A stretch of 63,848 bases of DNA, counting the filler, from Stramenopiles sp. TOSAG23-3 (Eukaryota), in the NCBI GenBank assembly GCA_900128585.1. It is 8 parts of 8 records of this genome, joined end to end, with 100 filler letters (N's around TTAATTAATTAA, not from the genome) between each part and the next. Parts side by side here need not be neighbours in the genome. Positions count along the whole stretch, not along the records: positions 40,453 to 50,452 come from LT642860.1; positions 50,553 to 60,506 come from LT642861.1; 6 more parts are not named here. One strand, given 5' to 3'. Position numbers and translations under genes: made by a program. Below, one piece after another: positions 44,680-53,852 of the stretch. Numbering within the stretch: the stretch's first letter is position 1; each line of letters begins with the position of its first letter. Below the pieces are notes generated by a model. That model saw only the letters and a program-made list of their open reading frames with translations, had not been told where the DNA came from and ran no database searches.

Positions 44680-46257
44680 TCAGGATGAAGTCAGCTTGGG
44701 ACCTTTCTCGCCGTGCTTCGTCATTCCTTCCGACAACCTTTGCTGCTTTCTGTTATATTCCAATAGATGGTACTCCCCCGGACGTTTCATGTACCGTGCT
44801 ACTGGGAACGTGGGGGCATGTTCAATGTCCACCTCGGGTTGCAACCACGATACAATCTTGAGAAGGATAACATCCAGCGCGACCATCACAATTCCAAGAA
44901 TGCCGAAGAATTTTCCGATCTGCAGGTAATTGGTAAGCCGAACCCTCATTTTTGGCTTTGGCACCCCCATGATTCTCTCATACACTTTGACTGTTCGCTT
45001 TGCAACGGTGAGCCATCGGTACATTTTTTTTACTCTTTTATTGCTTTCTAATGGATCTGTAAACGTAGTCGAGTTGACTTTGGAGAGACCATCCTCCATA
45101 GCCAACGACACACTATCAGAGCTAACGCTCTCAGCCAATGTGATCATTTTATCCGGCAACACTTCCGGAAGCCCACCCACGGCCGTGCTGACCACGTGCA
45201 GGCCACATGCTGCCGCCTCCAAAATGGCAATGCAGAACGACTCGGTCAGGGAACAATTCAAAAATACGTGCCCGCGGTTGAGGACCGAGGGGACATTCCG
45301 ATGGGGCACCGAGCCCAAGAGCTCTACACGGTCGTGAAGATCGTGCCGTTCGATCATTTCTTCCAACAGCAACTTTTTCGGACCGTCCCCACCTACAATG
45401 AAGTTTACGTCTTTGTGCCTTTGGCAAATTATCGGTATGACCTCTGCAATAATGTCGATGCCTTTTCGGTAGTTTAACCGGCACAGAACGACCACGTTCG
45501 TTTTTCCTGTTTTTGCGACAGCGTTTCGCCTGGGCATGTCCGGTCTAAATTTTGTACAGTCTACGGCATTGGGGATAACCGAAACTATCTCCGGCTCTAG
45601 GCTTGCACGCAACACTAAATTTTCCCGGCACGTATGGGACACCCCGATTGCCGCATCGACCCCTGTAAGGGTCATTTTCAGGACTTTGTTCAAGTGTATA
45701 CCCGCCAGGTCATTGAACGAAAACAGAGAGTGGTCCGTATACACTGTTCTATACCCCATTATATTCGCATGCATCAAACACTGGTGGATCATTGCGGAAG
45801 ACGCTTGGTGGCCATGCACGATGTCTACCTTTTCTCGGACCAATATTTGTCGAAGCAATGGAAGCATTGTATAAAAGCTTGGCATGCTACAGCCGTCGTG
45901 CATGATCCACATGGGCAAGTAGTAGACTTTCAATCCGTTGGTCATGTAACGCACTCCCGTGCGATCCTTGTATGCATGGGTGATTACCACGACCTTGTGA
46001 CCAAGCTGGAGCAGACTCTGGCTCAGGCTCCAGATATGCATTTCTACCCCACCAAGTTTCGGATAGAAAAAATCACATATCATGCACAATGCAAACCGGG
46101 ACGGTCGCTTTTCTGGCTTCCGGGGGAGTCTAAACTCGCGAGGTCTCCCTGGAGAATGGCTTGGCCCTGTTATCCCATGCAAAGTAGGGACATACTGAGA
46201 CCCATCACTATCAACATCTGCAGGCGGAGACGGCGATGATCTGATCCAAGTATCCAT
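44680..46257 (-). CDS. PIGA: GPI-GlcNAc transferase catalytic subunit PIG-A
   Basis: CMICDFFYPKLGGVEMHI, RYMTNGLKVYY, YTDHSLF, FLNCSLTESFCIAILEAAACGL. Confidence 0.97.
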   Translation of the reverse strand: MDTWIRSSPSPPADVDSDGSQYVPTLHGITGPSHSPGRPREFRLPRKPEKRPSRFALCMICDFFYPKLGGVEMHIWSLSQSLLQLGHKVVVITHAYKDRTGVRYMTNGLKVYYLPMWIMHDGCSMPSFYTMLPLLRQILVREKVDIVHGHQASSAMIHQCLMHANIMGYRTVYTDHSLFSFNDLAGIHLNKVLKMTLTGVDAAIGVSHTCRENLVLRASLEPEIVSVIPNAVDCTKFRPDMPRRNAVAKTGKTNVVVLCRLNYRKGIDIIAEVIPIICQRHKDVNFIVGGDGPKKLLLEEMIERHDLHDRVELLGSVPHRNVPSVLNRGHVFLNCSLTESFCIAILEAAACGLHVVSTAVGGLPEVLPDKMITLAESVSSDSVSLAMEDGLSKVNSTTFTDPLESNKRVKKMYRWLTVAKRTVKVYERIMGVPKPKMRVRLTNYLQIGKFFGILGIVMVALDVILLKIVSWLQPEVDIEHAPTFPVARYMKRPGEYHLLEYNRKQQRLSEGMTKHGEKGPKLTSS

Positions 46258-46433
46258 AAATATGCTACTATTACTTTAATCTCCAATATTTTCCTAAATT
46301 CGCCCAGTCCGAGATCGTGAAATGGCTAAATAATCGGCCGTGGTATGGAAACAACGCGACAACCACTCAATCAATGACAATATGTACAAAACAGTAATGA
46401 AGACACAGTTTCGACTTTAAATTCTCTATATAT

Positions 46434-46486
<53 letters not shown>

Positions 46487-46560
46487 NNNNNNNNNNNNNN
46501 NNNNNNNNNNNNNNNNNNNNNNNNNNNNNNNNNNNNNNNNNNNNNNNNNNNNNNNNNNNN
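46487..46560. other. Scaffold gap (74 N, no linker) after (GAAA)n
   Basis: N run without TTAATTAATTAA. Confidence 0.95.
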
Positions 46561-46732
46561 GAAGTAGAAAATATTAATATATGTATCTATTGGGTTTATT
46601 GTCCTTTGATTTTGTACGTATTGCATCAGATTGTAATTTGGGGTAAAATTTTGATTGAGTCAAGGATTTCAGTTAAAGAGTTTTACTTATTGGTGTGCCT
46701 CTTCTTGGTTGAGTTCTCCGGCTTTTTTTACC

Positions 46733-48952
46733 ATGTCTTCAGGCCCCCTGACGGACTTGCACAGACTTCGTGCCTGTCAACTGTTCCGAGCTCTGAGGGG
46801 AACAGAACTTCAGCAAGTGATCCCGCTCTTTTTTCATGAGCTCCCAGAAGGAAGTAGCCCGAGAAAACCCGGAGCAATGCCTAGTGTGCGCAAGGGGAAA
46901 ATCTTCCAAGTAGATTTTAAATCTCTTTCCCCGTATAGCATTAAGCAACTGTTCGTCTATTTTAACTCCAAAGCTAAGCAGAGTGGAAGGGCCGCACCTT
47001 TCGATGAGGCACTTATAAAGTCTATTCAAAAGCCGGGGAACCGAACAACATCTTCGGCGGGGAGCCCATCGTTAACGGCACACCGTCCCGACCAAAGGGC
47101 GATGGAACTCGGGAGGTCCGGTCTCTCGGCGCTGCAGGCATTTCGCGCCGTGCCCGTTTCGTCCACAAAGCTAGGGAAAAGGCAGCGTGACGCCGACGGC
47201 AGGCCCGACCAGGACGCAGGCGCACGGAAAAAAACAAAAGCAGAAGCTCCCACGTCTGGGGAAAAGGGGGCTGAGGCCGCTGTGCCAGCGCCCGCTTCCG
47301 CAGCCGCGCCAGAATTAGTCAATTCGGGTGATGCGCAGACACAGGCAAATGTTTCGAAAGGCAATGCAGATAATTCCGCCGCCGCCGGAGTTGTTGCACC
47401 CCCGGAGCCTTCCAAGGTAACGGAAGGGCAGCAGAGCAAGAGCAATGCCCCTCGCCCCAGCAACGCCGCCCCCGCTGACCCGGAAAAGAAAGCGTTGGAA
47501 AAGAGCAGCATTCAAAAGCCCGACAAGGAAGTGAGCAATGCGCCAGATGCGATCAAGGCCGTGGCAAACGACCAGCCAGCAAAAGAGCCGAAAAGGGTTG
47601 AGAACAAACCGAAAGTTTCCTCCGCTGCGCCCACCACGAAAGAGGCGCCGAAACAAGAAAAACAGGGCGTCGAGCGCGTTGGGGACGAAACTCTGGCGCC
47701 AAAGAAAACGGCCGACAAGCCTGCGAATAAGATTGAGGGCAAAGCTGCACCACAGATCGCCAAAATGACGAAAGATAAACCTTCCAGCCCGGCGAAAACG
47801 GCGAAAACAAAGGTTGGAGCCTCCCAGCCGAAGCAAGACGCACCAAAACCTGCAGGGGCATCAGCCCCGTCAAAAAATAGCAACCCAAAAACTCCCAAAA
47901 AAACAAAGCCGGCGGCGGACGGGGGGTTTACGTTTGACGACAAGAAGTGGTGCCAAATTGTGCTCAACAAACTGCGAGGTCATGCATCGGCCGAAATATT
48001 TCTGTACCCAGTGCCTAGGACAGTGCCAAAATATTACGACATCATCAAATCTCCCATGGACTTGAAAACCATCGGAGACAAATTGAAAACCGGTAAATAT
48101 GGGTCCAAGAAGATTTTTTTAGAGGATTTGCGCCTTATAGTAAAGAACTGTACGTTGTACAACAAACCGGGGACCCCTGTCTACGCAATTGGCCAAGAAT
48201 TTGCTGAGTATTTGAAGGAATTTACTAGCGACAGTGATCCAAGTGTAAACCTCGGTCCACAAAAACCTGGGCAATCGACCACTCCAGGAGGAAAAAAACG
48301 CAAACGTCTCACCGGAGGAGACCACGCATGGTGCACCATGGCGATTGATACCTTAAAAACGCATGCGCTAGCCCTGCCATTTTTCGAGCCCGTCTCCCGC
48401 GCGATCAAAAACTACCACAGGGTCATTAAGCGCCCAATGGATTTCACAACAATGACGCGAAAGTTTGAACGAGGAAATTACGACAGCAAGGAAGCTTGCG
48501 TGAAGGAAATTCGACTCATCTTCAGTAATTGCAAGCTGTTCAATGCGGAAGGGACGACGCTGCACAAAGATGCGAAGGAAATGGAGAAAGTGCTAGATCA
48601 GCTATTAGGAAATACGTCGTCTCGGCGACGATTTACGACGTACAAAATGCCCCAAGATGATTATATATGGTGCACGGATATTTTATATAGGGTGCGCATC
48701 CATGACCTAGCTGGGCCGTTCACCTCTCCCGTAGATCCAGCCCTTAAAGAATATTTCAGGGTAGTGAAGAAGCCCGTCGACTTGTTGACCATGGGCCGTA
48801 AGCTGCACGAAGGAACATACACTTCCAAGGAATTGTTCCAGAAGGACATGGAACAGATCTTTATCAATTGCCGACTCTTCAACCCGGAAGGGTTAGAGAT
48901 CAGGGATGATGGCAACAAGTTGGAAGAGTACTATAGGAGTATTTCGAAGTAA
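46733..48952 (+). CDS. Triple-bromodomain protein with possible N-terminal ET-like domain
   Basis: Three F..PV...Y..IK.PMDL...NC.L(Y/F)N modules; FQVDFKSLSPYSIKQLFVYF near the N-terminus. Confidence 0.9.
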   Translation: MSSGPLTDLHRLRACQLFRALRGTELQQVIPLFFHELPEGSSPRKPGAMPSVRKGKIFQVDFKSLSPYSIKQLFVYFNSKAKQSGRAAPFDEALIKSIQKPGNRTTSSAGSPSLTAHRPDQRAMELGRSGLSALQAFRAVPVSSTKLGKRQRDADGRPDQDAGARKKTKAEAPTSGEKGAEAAVPAPASAAAPELVNSGDAQTQANVSKGNADNSAAAGVVAPPEPSKVTEGQQSKSNAPRPSNAAPADPEKKALEKSSIQKPDKEVSNAPDAIKAVANDQPAKEPKRVENKPKVSSAAPTTKEAPKQEKQGVERVGDETLAPKKTADKPANKIEGKAAPQIAKMTKDKPSSPAKTAKTKVGASQPKQDAPKPAGASAPSKNSNPKTPKKTKPAADGGFTFDDKKWCQIVLNKLRGHASAEIFLYPVPRTVPKYYDIIKSPMDLKTIGDKLKTGKYGSKKIFLEDLRLIVKNCTLYNKPGTPVYAIGQEFAEYLKEFTSDSDPSVNLGPQKPGQSTTPGGKKRKRLTGGDHAWCTMAIDTLKTHALALPFFEPVSRAIKNYHRVIKRPMDFTTMTRKFERGNYDSKEACVKEIRLIFSNCKLFNAEGTTLHKDAKEMEKVLDQLLGNTSSRRRFTTYKMPQDDYIWCTDILYRVRIHDLAGPFTSPVDPALKEYFRVVKKPVDLLTMGRKLHEGTYTSKELFQKDMEQIFINCRLFNPEGLEIRDDGNKLEEYYRSISK

Positions 48953-49116
48953 AAAAGGACGAGGTTGACCTCGTCCAAAATGCACCACCGCCACGCGACT
49001 GAAAATCTGAAATCGAGTACCACAGGTACACAGAAAGTAATTTTTTTTTAAATTTAAGTATAATATCATACCATAATATATTAAAACAAAACAAAACATA
49101 CTCTATATATAGTAGA

Positions 49117-49365
49117 TAAAAACAAGAAAATTGACTCCTATAGTAGATAAAAAAGAAAAACAAGAAAATTGGCTGTTATTTAAGTAATTAAAATTAATGT
49201 ACTGCGAACTGAAATCTAGATTTAGACATTCTAGACTATCATTGACTACTCTATAGAAAATATTAATTTGTTTTTTTAAAAACAAAAAATTGGCTGTTAT
49301 TTTATTAAAGCATACTCTAATTAATTTGTTTTTTAAAAACAAGAAAATTGGCTGTTATTTGTTTT
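49117..49365 (+). repeat. Cluster of four dispersed-repeat copies
   Basis: Motif at about 49119 (partial), 49157-49231 (long), 49278-49300 and 49335-49359. Confidence 0.88.
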
Positions 49366-49640
49366 TTAAAGTACAAAAATTATAAGATATTTATTAAGAG
49401 TATATACATTCATAAATTTGTTCGGATCATCGACAGTGGGAAACAAAAAGTCGTCTGTCTTAGTCCATCATCTGGCCATCCGCCAAAACGTCCATGCCTC
49501 ACGGAGCTGGAGGGGGAGCACCGCACTTATTTCCACAGCACATGTTCGCGGTCATCGTGCAAATTCCAGCATGATTGCAATGCTGGATGTTTACTTGCTT
49601 GCAGTTAATGGATTCTTTTTTTCCCCTTCTTAGTCGTCTG

Positions 49641-50399
49641 TTACTGAAGTCCATCGTCGGGTCGTTCCATAAGATCCATGGCTGGCGGCGGCGGTGGAGG
49701 TCCTCCTGGAGGTGGAGGACTACACCTATTTCCACAGCACTGGACCACGTCCATCGTGCAAATTCCAGCATGATTGCAATGCTGTATATTTTTTTGCCTG
49801 CAATCCATTTTGTATTTTTTGCGAAGTCGTCTGTTGGAGTCCAAAACCGTCCAAACAGCTGTCCTCCGCCCAAACAGTTGACGTGCGTCTGCGGAAGTGG
49901 CCTGCATATCGTCGTCGTCGTCGCCGCCGCCGTTTTGCTTGCCGCTGCCCACTGACTCTTCATCGGACCGCACCAAATCTCTTATCCCTTTGATTTTTTC
50001 TATGATGCCAGTGATTTTGTTGACGTCAAAGTCATCATCATCTTGGCCACCAAATGGATTACGGCTTCCCTTGCCCTGCATGTCGAATTGCGCTTCCATC
50101 TCGTCACGGGGTACTTTGGTAAAGAGGCGGGCACTGGCTGGACCCCCTGGAGTCGTGACCATAATCGGTGCTAACGGTGCGGCTATGGTATATCCACGGT
50201 TAACACAATTCCCATTGTGGAAATTGGGTTTCTTCACCATTGCCCTCGCAATAAAAGCGTCAACATTGAACTGGGCGCAAGTTTTCATGCCAGAACGCGT
50301 GTGCAAACTGTACACGGGTAGAACTACAGGCCCCTGCGCAGACACAGAGGTGGCTGTGAGTGCACAAGCGGCGGCGGAGTAAAGTAGTGCTCTTCGCAT
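49641..50399 (-). CDS. Secreted precursor with a 6-Cys peptide module; a second module lies out of frame at 49499-49645
   Basis: Signal peptide MRRALLYSAAACALTATSVSA; NRRL...C-x7-C-x5-C-x6-CC-x3-C-Pro-rich module, duplicated at the DNA level. Confidence 0.7.
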   Translation of the reverse strand: MRRALLYSAAACALTATSVSAQGPVVLPVYSLHTRSGMKTCAQFNVDAFIARAMVKKPNFHNGNCVNRGYTIAAPLAPIMVTTPGGPASARLFTKVPRDEMEAQFDMQGKGSRNPFGGQDDDDFDVNKITGIIEKIKGIRDLVRSDEESVGSGKQNGGGDDDDDMQATSADARQLFGRRTAVWTVLDSNRRLRKKYKMDCRQKNIQHCNHAGICTMDVVQCCGNRCSPPPPGGPPPPPPAMDLMERPDDGLQ

Positions 50400-50452
50400 T
50401 GTTGTTGTAGTTGCTGCTGCTGTTGTTTGTTTGGCTGGGTGGTTGTGTTGAA

Positions 50453-50552
50453 NNNNNNNNNNNNNNNNNNNNNNNNNNNNNNNNNNNNNNNNNNNNTTAA
50501 TTAATTAANNNNNNNNNNNNNNNNNNNNNNNNNNNNNNNNNNNNNNNNNNNN
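50453..50552. other. Artificial contig linker
   Basis: N44-TTAATTAATTAA-N44. Confidence 0.99.
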
Positions 50553-50650
50553 CGAGAAGTATTGATCAAATGTGTATATAGTAAAAATAACACGCATGGA
50601 GTACATCTGAGCGTATAATAATCAAGACCTAGGGTATATATTGATTACAC

Positions 50651-50759
50651 TTAAAACAAATTATATAGTAGTATAATATGTTTTAGACTAAGACTCTCAT
50701 TTTAAAAAATCAATAATTACTACTTCAAATCCAAACCTAATCCTATCTTGATCTTTTAA
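50651..50759 (+). repeat. Second AT-rich repeat; inverted copy at 53725-53820
   Basis: ttaaaacaaattatatagta...taagactctcattttaaa...tactacttcaaatccaa...taatccta matches the reverse complement of 53725-53820. Confidence 0.8.
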
Positions 50760-51015
50760 TTTGATTTTTAGTTTCGTTGTTGTTTCAATAAAAAAATAAT
50801 GATGTGATTGTTGATGATGATGTTTTTTTGTTTCTTCTACTACTTCATCTTTCTTTTTTCTTCTTTCGGGAATTTGTCCCTATTTCTGCATGTGGTTTTA
50901 AACGATTATTTAATACATGTGATCGGGATAAGGAATGAACAGAAAGTCTGAGAGATACAATATTTAACAATAAATCGCTTTAAGTTCTGTCTGCTTCGGG
51001 TATTTGTTGACAGGC

Positions 51016-53184
51016 ATGTTGAGGTCCGTGGCACGGAGGTTCAGTAGTAGCACCTCCGTTCGGACAACGACTGGGAGTCGTACTATATTGAATGGGGTTG
51101 CAACGCGCGAGACTCAGATAAAACGGCTGCAAAAGCATAGTGAGACGAAAGAAGAGTTTGACGTGCTGGTCGTTGGGGGTGGCGCGACTGGGTCAGGGGC
51201 TGCATTGGACGCCCAGCTTCGTGGTTTGAAGACGTGCCTGATAGAGCGTGGAGACTTTGCAAACGAAACGTCCAGCCGGAGCACGAAGTTGGTATGGGCG
51301 GGGATTCGTTACATTGGAACAGCAACGGGGCAGTTACTGCGTTTGAAAAATTTAAGGCGGCCATTGGCCGCATTTCGCGAGTTTTGGGAAGAGTTCACGA
51401 TGGTTTTAGGAGCCCACAGGGAGAGAAAATTTTTGCTGGAAACGCAAGCCCACCTAACCAAGTGGGTACCGATAGCAGTGCCTATCAAGGACTGGGTGAT
51501 CCAACCTGCCCCGATGGGGCACCCCCTTTTTTCCCTGATTCCGTTTGTCTTGCCCGTTGTGATGAGGTTTTACGATTCCCTAGGAAAGTTCTGCTCTCCC
51601 CCGTCTCATTTGATGTCGCGTAGTCGTGCCCTTCGTAAGTTCCCTCAGCTTGCCCAAGATTGCAAATACGTACAAGTTTTCTACGAGGGACAACACAATG
51701 ACGCCAGGACCAACGTGGCCATTGCGTTGACTGCTGCGGAGAAGGGCGCGACGGTCACCAACTACGTCGAAATGACAGGCTTGATTTTTGAGGATGGGAA
51801 AAGTGGCGGGAAAGCGATAGGCGTCAAGTGCAGGGATCATATATCTGACGACGATTACGAACTATACTCAAAGGCAATAATTTTTGCGGGGGGGCCGTTC
51901 ACTGACGAGCTTCGAAAAGCGGAAGATCCCGCCGCAAAGCCCGCAGTTTCCGGCGCGGCTGGCACACACATAGTTTTGCCAGGGTACTATTCCCCCGCCG
52001 ACATTGGGTTGCTTGACATTAACACATCGGACGGGCGTTTTTTGTTCTTTCTGCCGTGGCTAGGGTCAACGCTGGTGGGAACCACCGACAGGAAGGGGAC
52101 TCCCGTCTCGTCGACGTCACCACCCGAAGAAGAAATACAATGGATGTTGCGAGAAGTTGAAAAGTATTTGTCCTCGGATTTGCGCGTTCGCCGGTCGGAC
52201 GTGCTCAGCGCTTGGCAGGGCTGGCGCCCTTTGGCATCTGACCCTCACGCAGAGCCTGACGCCCCTGTTTCTCGGGACCACATTATATCGACAAATCCAA
52301 CAACAGGGGTCACGTTCGTGACGGGTGGCAAGTGGACAACTTACCGGGAGATGGCCGAAGACACTATTGACACAGTGTGCCAGGAGAAGGGGTTTGGGCA
52401 CGCAAAGCCGTGCTCTACGTTAACAACCCCCCTACTCGGGGGAAAAGGCTACAAGGCGAATACTCCTGTAAAACTAATACAGAAATTCGGCATTGACGAA
52501 GAGACCGCCAACCATTTGGCTAAAACCTACGGCCAGCGAGCTTTTGATGTGTGCTACCTAAGTAAACCAACGGGGAAGCGCTGGCCAAGGTTCGGAAACG
52601 TGCTGGTGGAAGGGTACCCTTATATTGAGAGCGAAGTCCAGTACGCCTGCCTAGAATACGTTCGGACCGTAAGTGACATGCTCTGTTTGCGAACCAGGCT
52701 GGCCTACTTGAATGTGGAGGCCGCAAGGGCGTGCGCGCCACGGGTGGCGGAATTGATGGCCGAGACTTTGGGATGGGACGATGCCGAGAAAGAGCGCCAG
52801 CTCGAGGAAGCAGTGACGACGCTTTCTGAGTTTGGCGGCCCCGTGCCGAAAGGCACCAAGGGGGCCAATTTTAACTTTGCGACCACCAAGCGGGATCTGA
52901 AAGTCCTGTTTAAAACCTTGGATATGGACGGGAACGGGTACCTGGATTATACTGAGATGAGCCGCGCCGCTGAAATGTTGGGTATTCCATTTGATTCAGA
53001 AAAAGAAGCCAAGGATTTCTTTGCAACGATGGATGCGGACAGCGCCGATGGCCGTGTATACCTGAACGATTTCATCAAATGGTGGAGCATGTCCAGCGAC
53101 AACGTCTTGGGGCGGAAATTAAACGAAGAATTTTCAGGTAGTCTTGGACAGCAGCAAGAAGGACCAGGGGCTTTCTTTGGTTAA
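51016..53184 (+). CDS. GPD2: Mitochondrial FAD-dependent glycerol-3-phosphate dehydrogenase with EF-hands
   Basis: DVLVVGGGATGSG, TSSRSTKL, DARTN, DGRFLFFLPW, GGKWTTYREMAED, EF-hand DMDGNGYLDYTE. Confidence 0.96.
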   Translation: MLRSVARRFSSSTSVRTTTGSRTILNGVATRETQIKRLQKHSETKEEFDVLVVGGGATGSGAALDAQLRGLKTCLIERGDFANETSSRSTKLVWAGIRYIGTATGQLLRLKNLRRPLAAFREFWEEFTMVLGAHRERKFLLETQAHLTKWVPIAVPIKDWVIQPAPMGHPLFSLIPFVLPVVMRFYDSLGKFCSPPSHLMSRSRALRKFPQLAQDCKYVQVFYEGQHNDARTNVAIALTAAEKGATVTNYVEMTGLIFEDGKSGGKAIGVKCRDHISDDDYELYSKAIIFAGGPFTDELRKAEDPAAKPAVSGAAGTHIVLPGYYSPADIGLLDINTSDGRFLFFLPWLGSTLVGTTDRKGTPVSSTSPPEEEIQWMLREVEKYLSSDLRVRRSDVLSAWQGWRPLASDPHAEPDAPVSRDHIISTNPTTGVTFVTGGKWTTYREMAEDTIDTVCQEKGFGHAKPCSTLTTPLLGGKGYKANTPVKLIQKFGIDEETANHLAKTYGQRAFDVCYLSKPTGKRWPRFGNVLVEGYPYIESEVQYACLEYVRTVSDMLCLRTRLAYLNVEAARACAPRVAELMAETLGWDDAEKERQLEEAVTTLSEFGGPVPKGTKGANFNFATTKRDLKVLFKTLDMDGNGYLDYTEMSRAAEMLGIPFDSEKEAKDFFATMDADSADGRVYLNDFIKWWSMSSDNVLGRKLNEEFSGSLGQQQEGPGAFFG

Positions 53185-53389
53185 ATCGGAAACATCCAAA
53201 AAAAAAATCAAATCGTGGTGCTTACGTAAGAACGACTGGGATGACAGTGATCTCAAGTGTGGGGTTTTTGCTACCTGAACGTGCATGGGATGCCAGTACA
53301 CCAGATACGACGAATGATCAGAGGGTAAAATCAAACCGACTGTTCAAAAAGCAAGAGTAATTTATACAGCTCGCCTTGTATATTATTAT

Positions 53390-53708
53390 TAAAAACAAGA
53401 AAATTGGCTGTTATTTAAGTAATTAAATTTAGCGTCATCATACCCTAATCCTAACTTGGTTCTGTAGTTTTGTTTCATTATTGGTTGTCAATCACCTACG
53501 AGTAGGGGATGATATAATTTCCAATGAACGATTTAAATCCATTTGTCCATTAACGTCCTTATCCGATATCTCACTCAGCAGAGATAAATCAATCCTTGTA
53601 CGATCTTCCAAGCAGCGGCTTAATTGTTTTTGAGGTGCTCGTTGTCTGTCTTGTAAAAATTAATTTACTGCGAACTGAACTCTAATTTATACAATTTTCT
53701 TGTTTTTA
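53390..53708. mobile_element. Putative MITE-like element with perfect 17-bp terminal inverted repeats
   Basis: taaaaacaagaaaattg (53390-53406) and caattttcttgttttta (53692-53708); family sequence split by an insert of about 230 bp. Confidence 0.55.
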
Positions 53709-53852
53709 TTATAAAAACCATCATTTAAAAAATCGAGTTAGGATTAAGGTTGGATTTGAAGTAGTATTTGATTTAAAATGAGAGTCTTAATTAAAACATA
53801 CTATATAATTTGTTTTTAAAACCATCAAGAGCCCCCAAGAAGATATGATATG

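Noticed and set aside
49117-49365. Repeat cluster resembling a CRISPR array
   Set aside because: Irregular spacing, AT-rich related spacers, no cas genes, eukaryotic context.
53238-53282. ATGA..AA..TGA arrangement downstream of GPD2 resembling a SECIS element
   Set aside because: Poor stem pairing and no in-frame TGA in GPD2.
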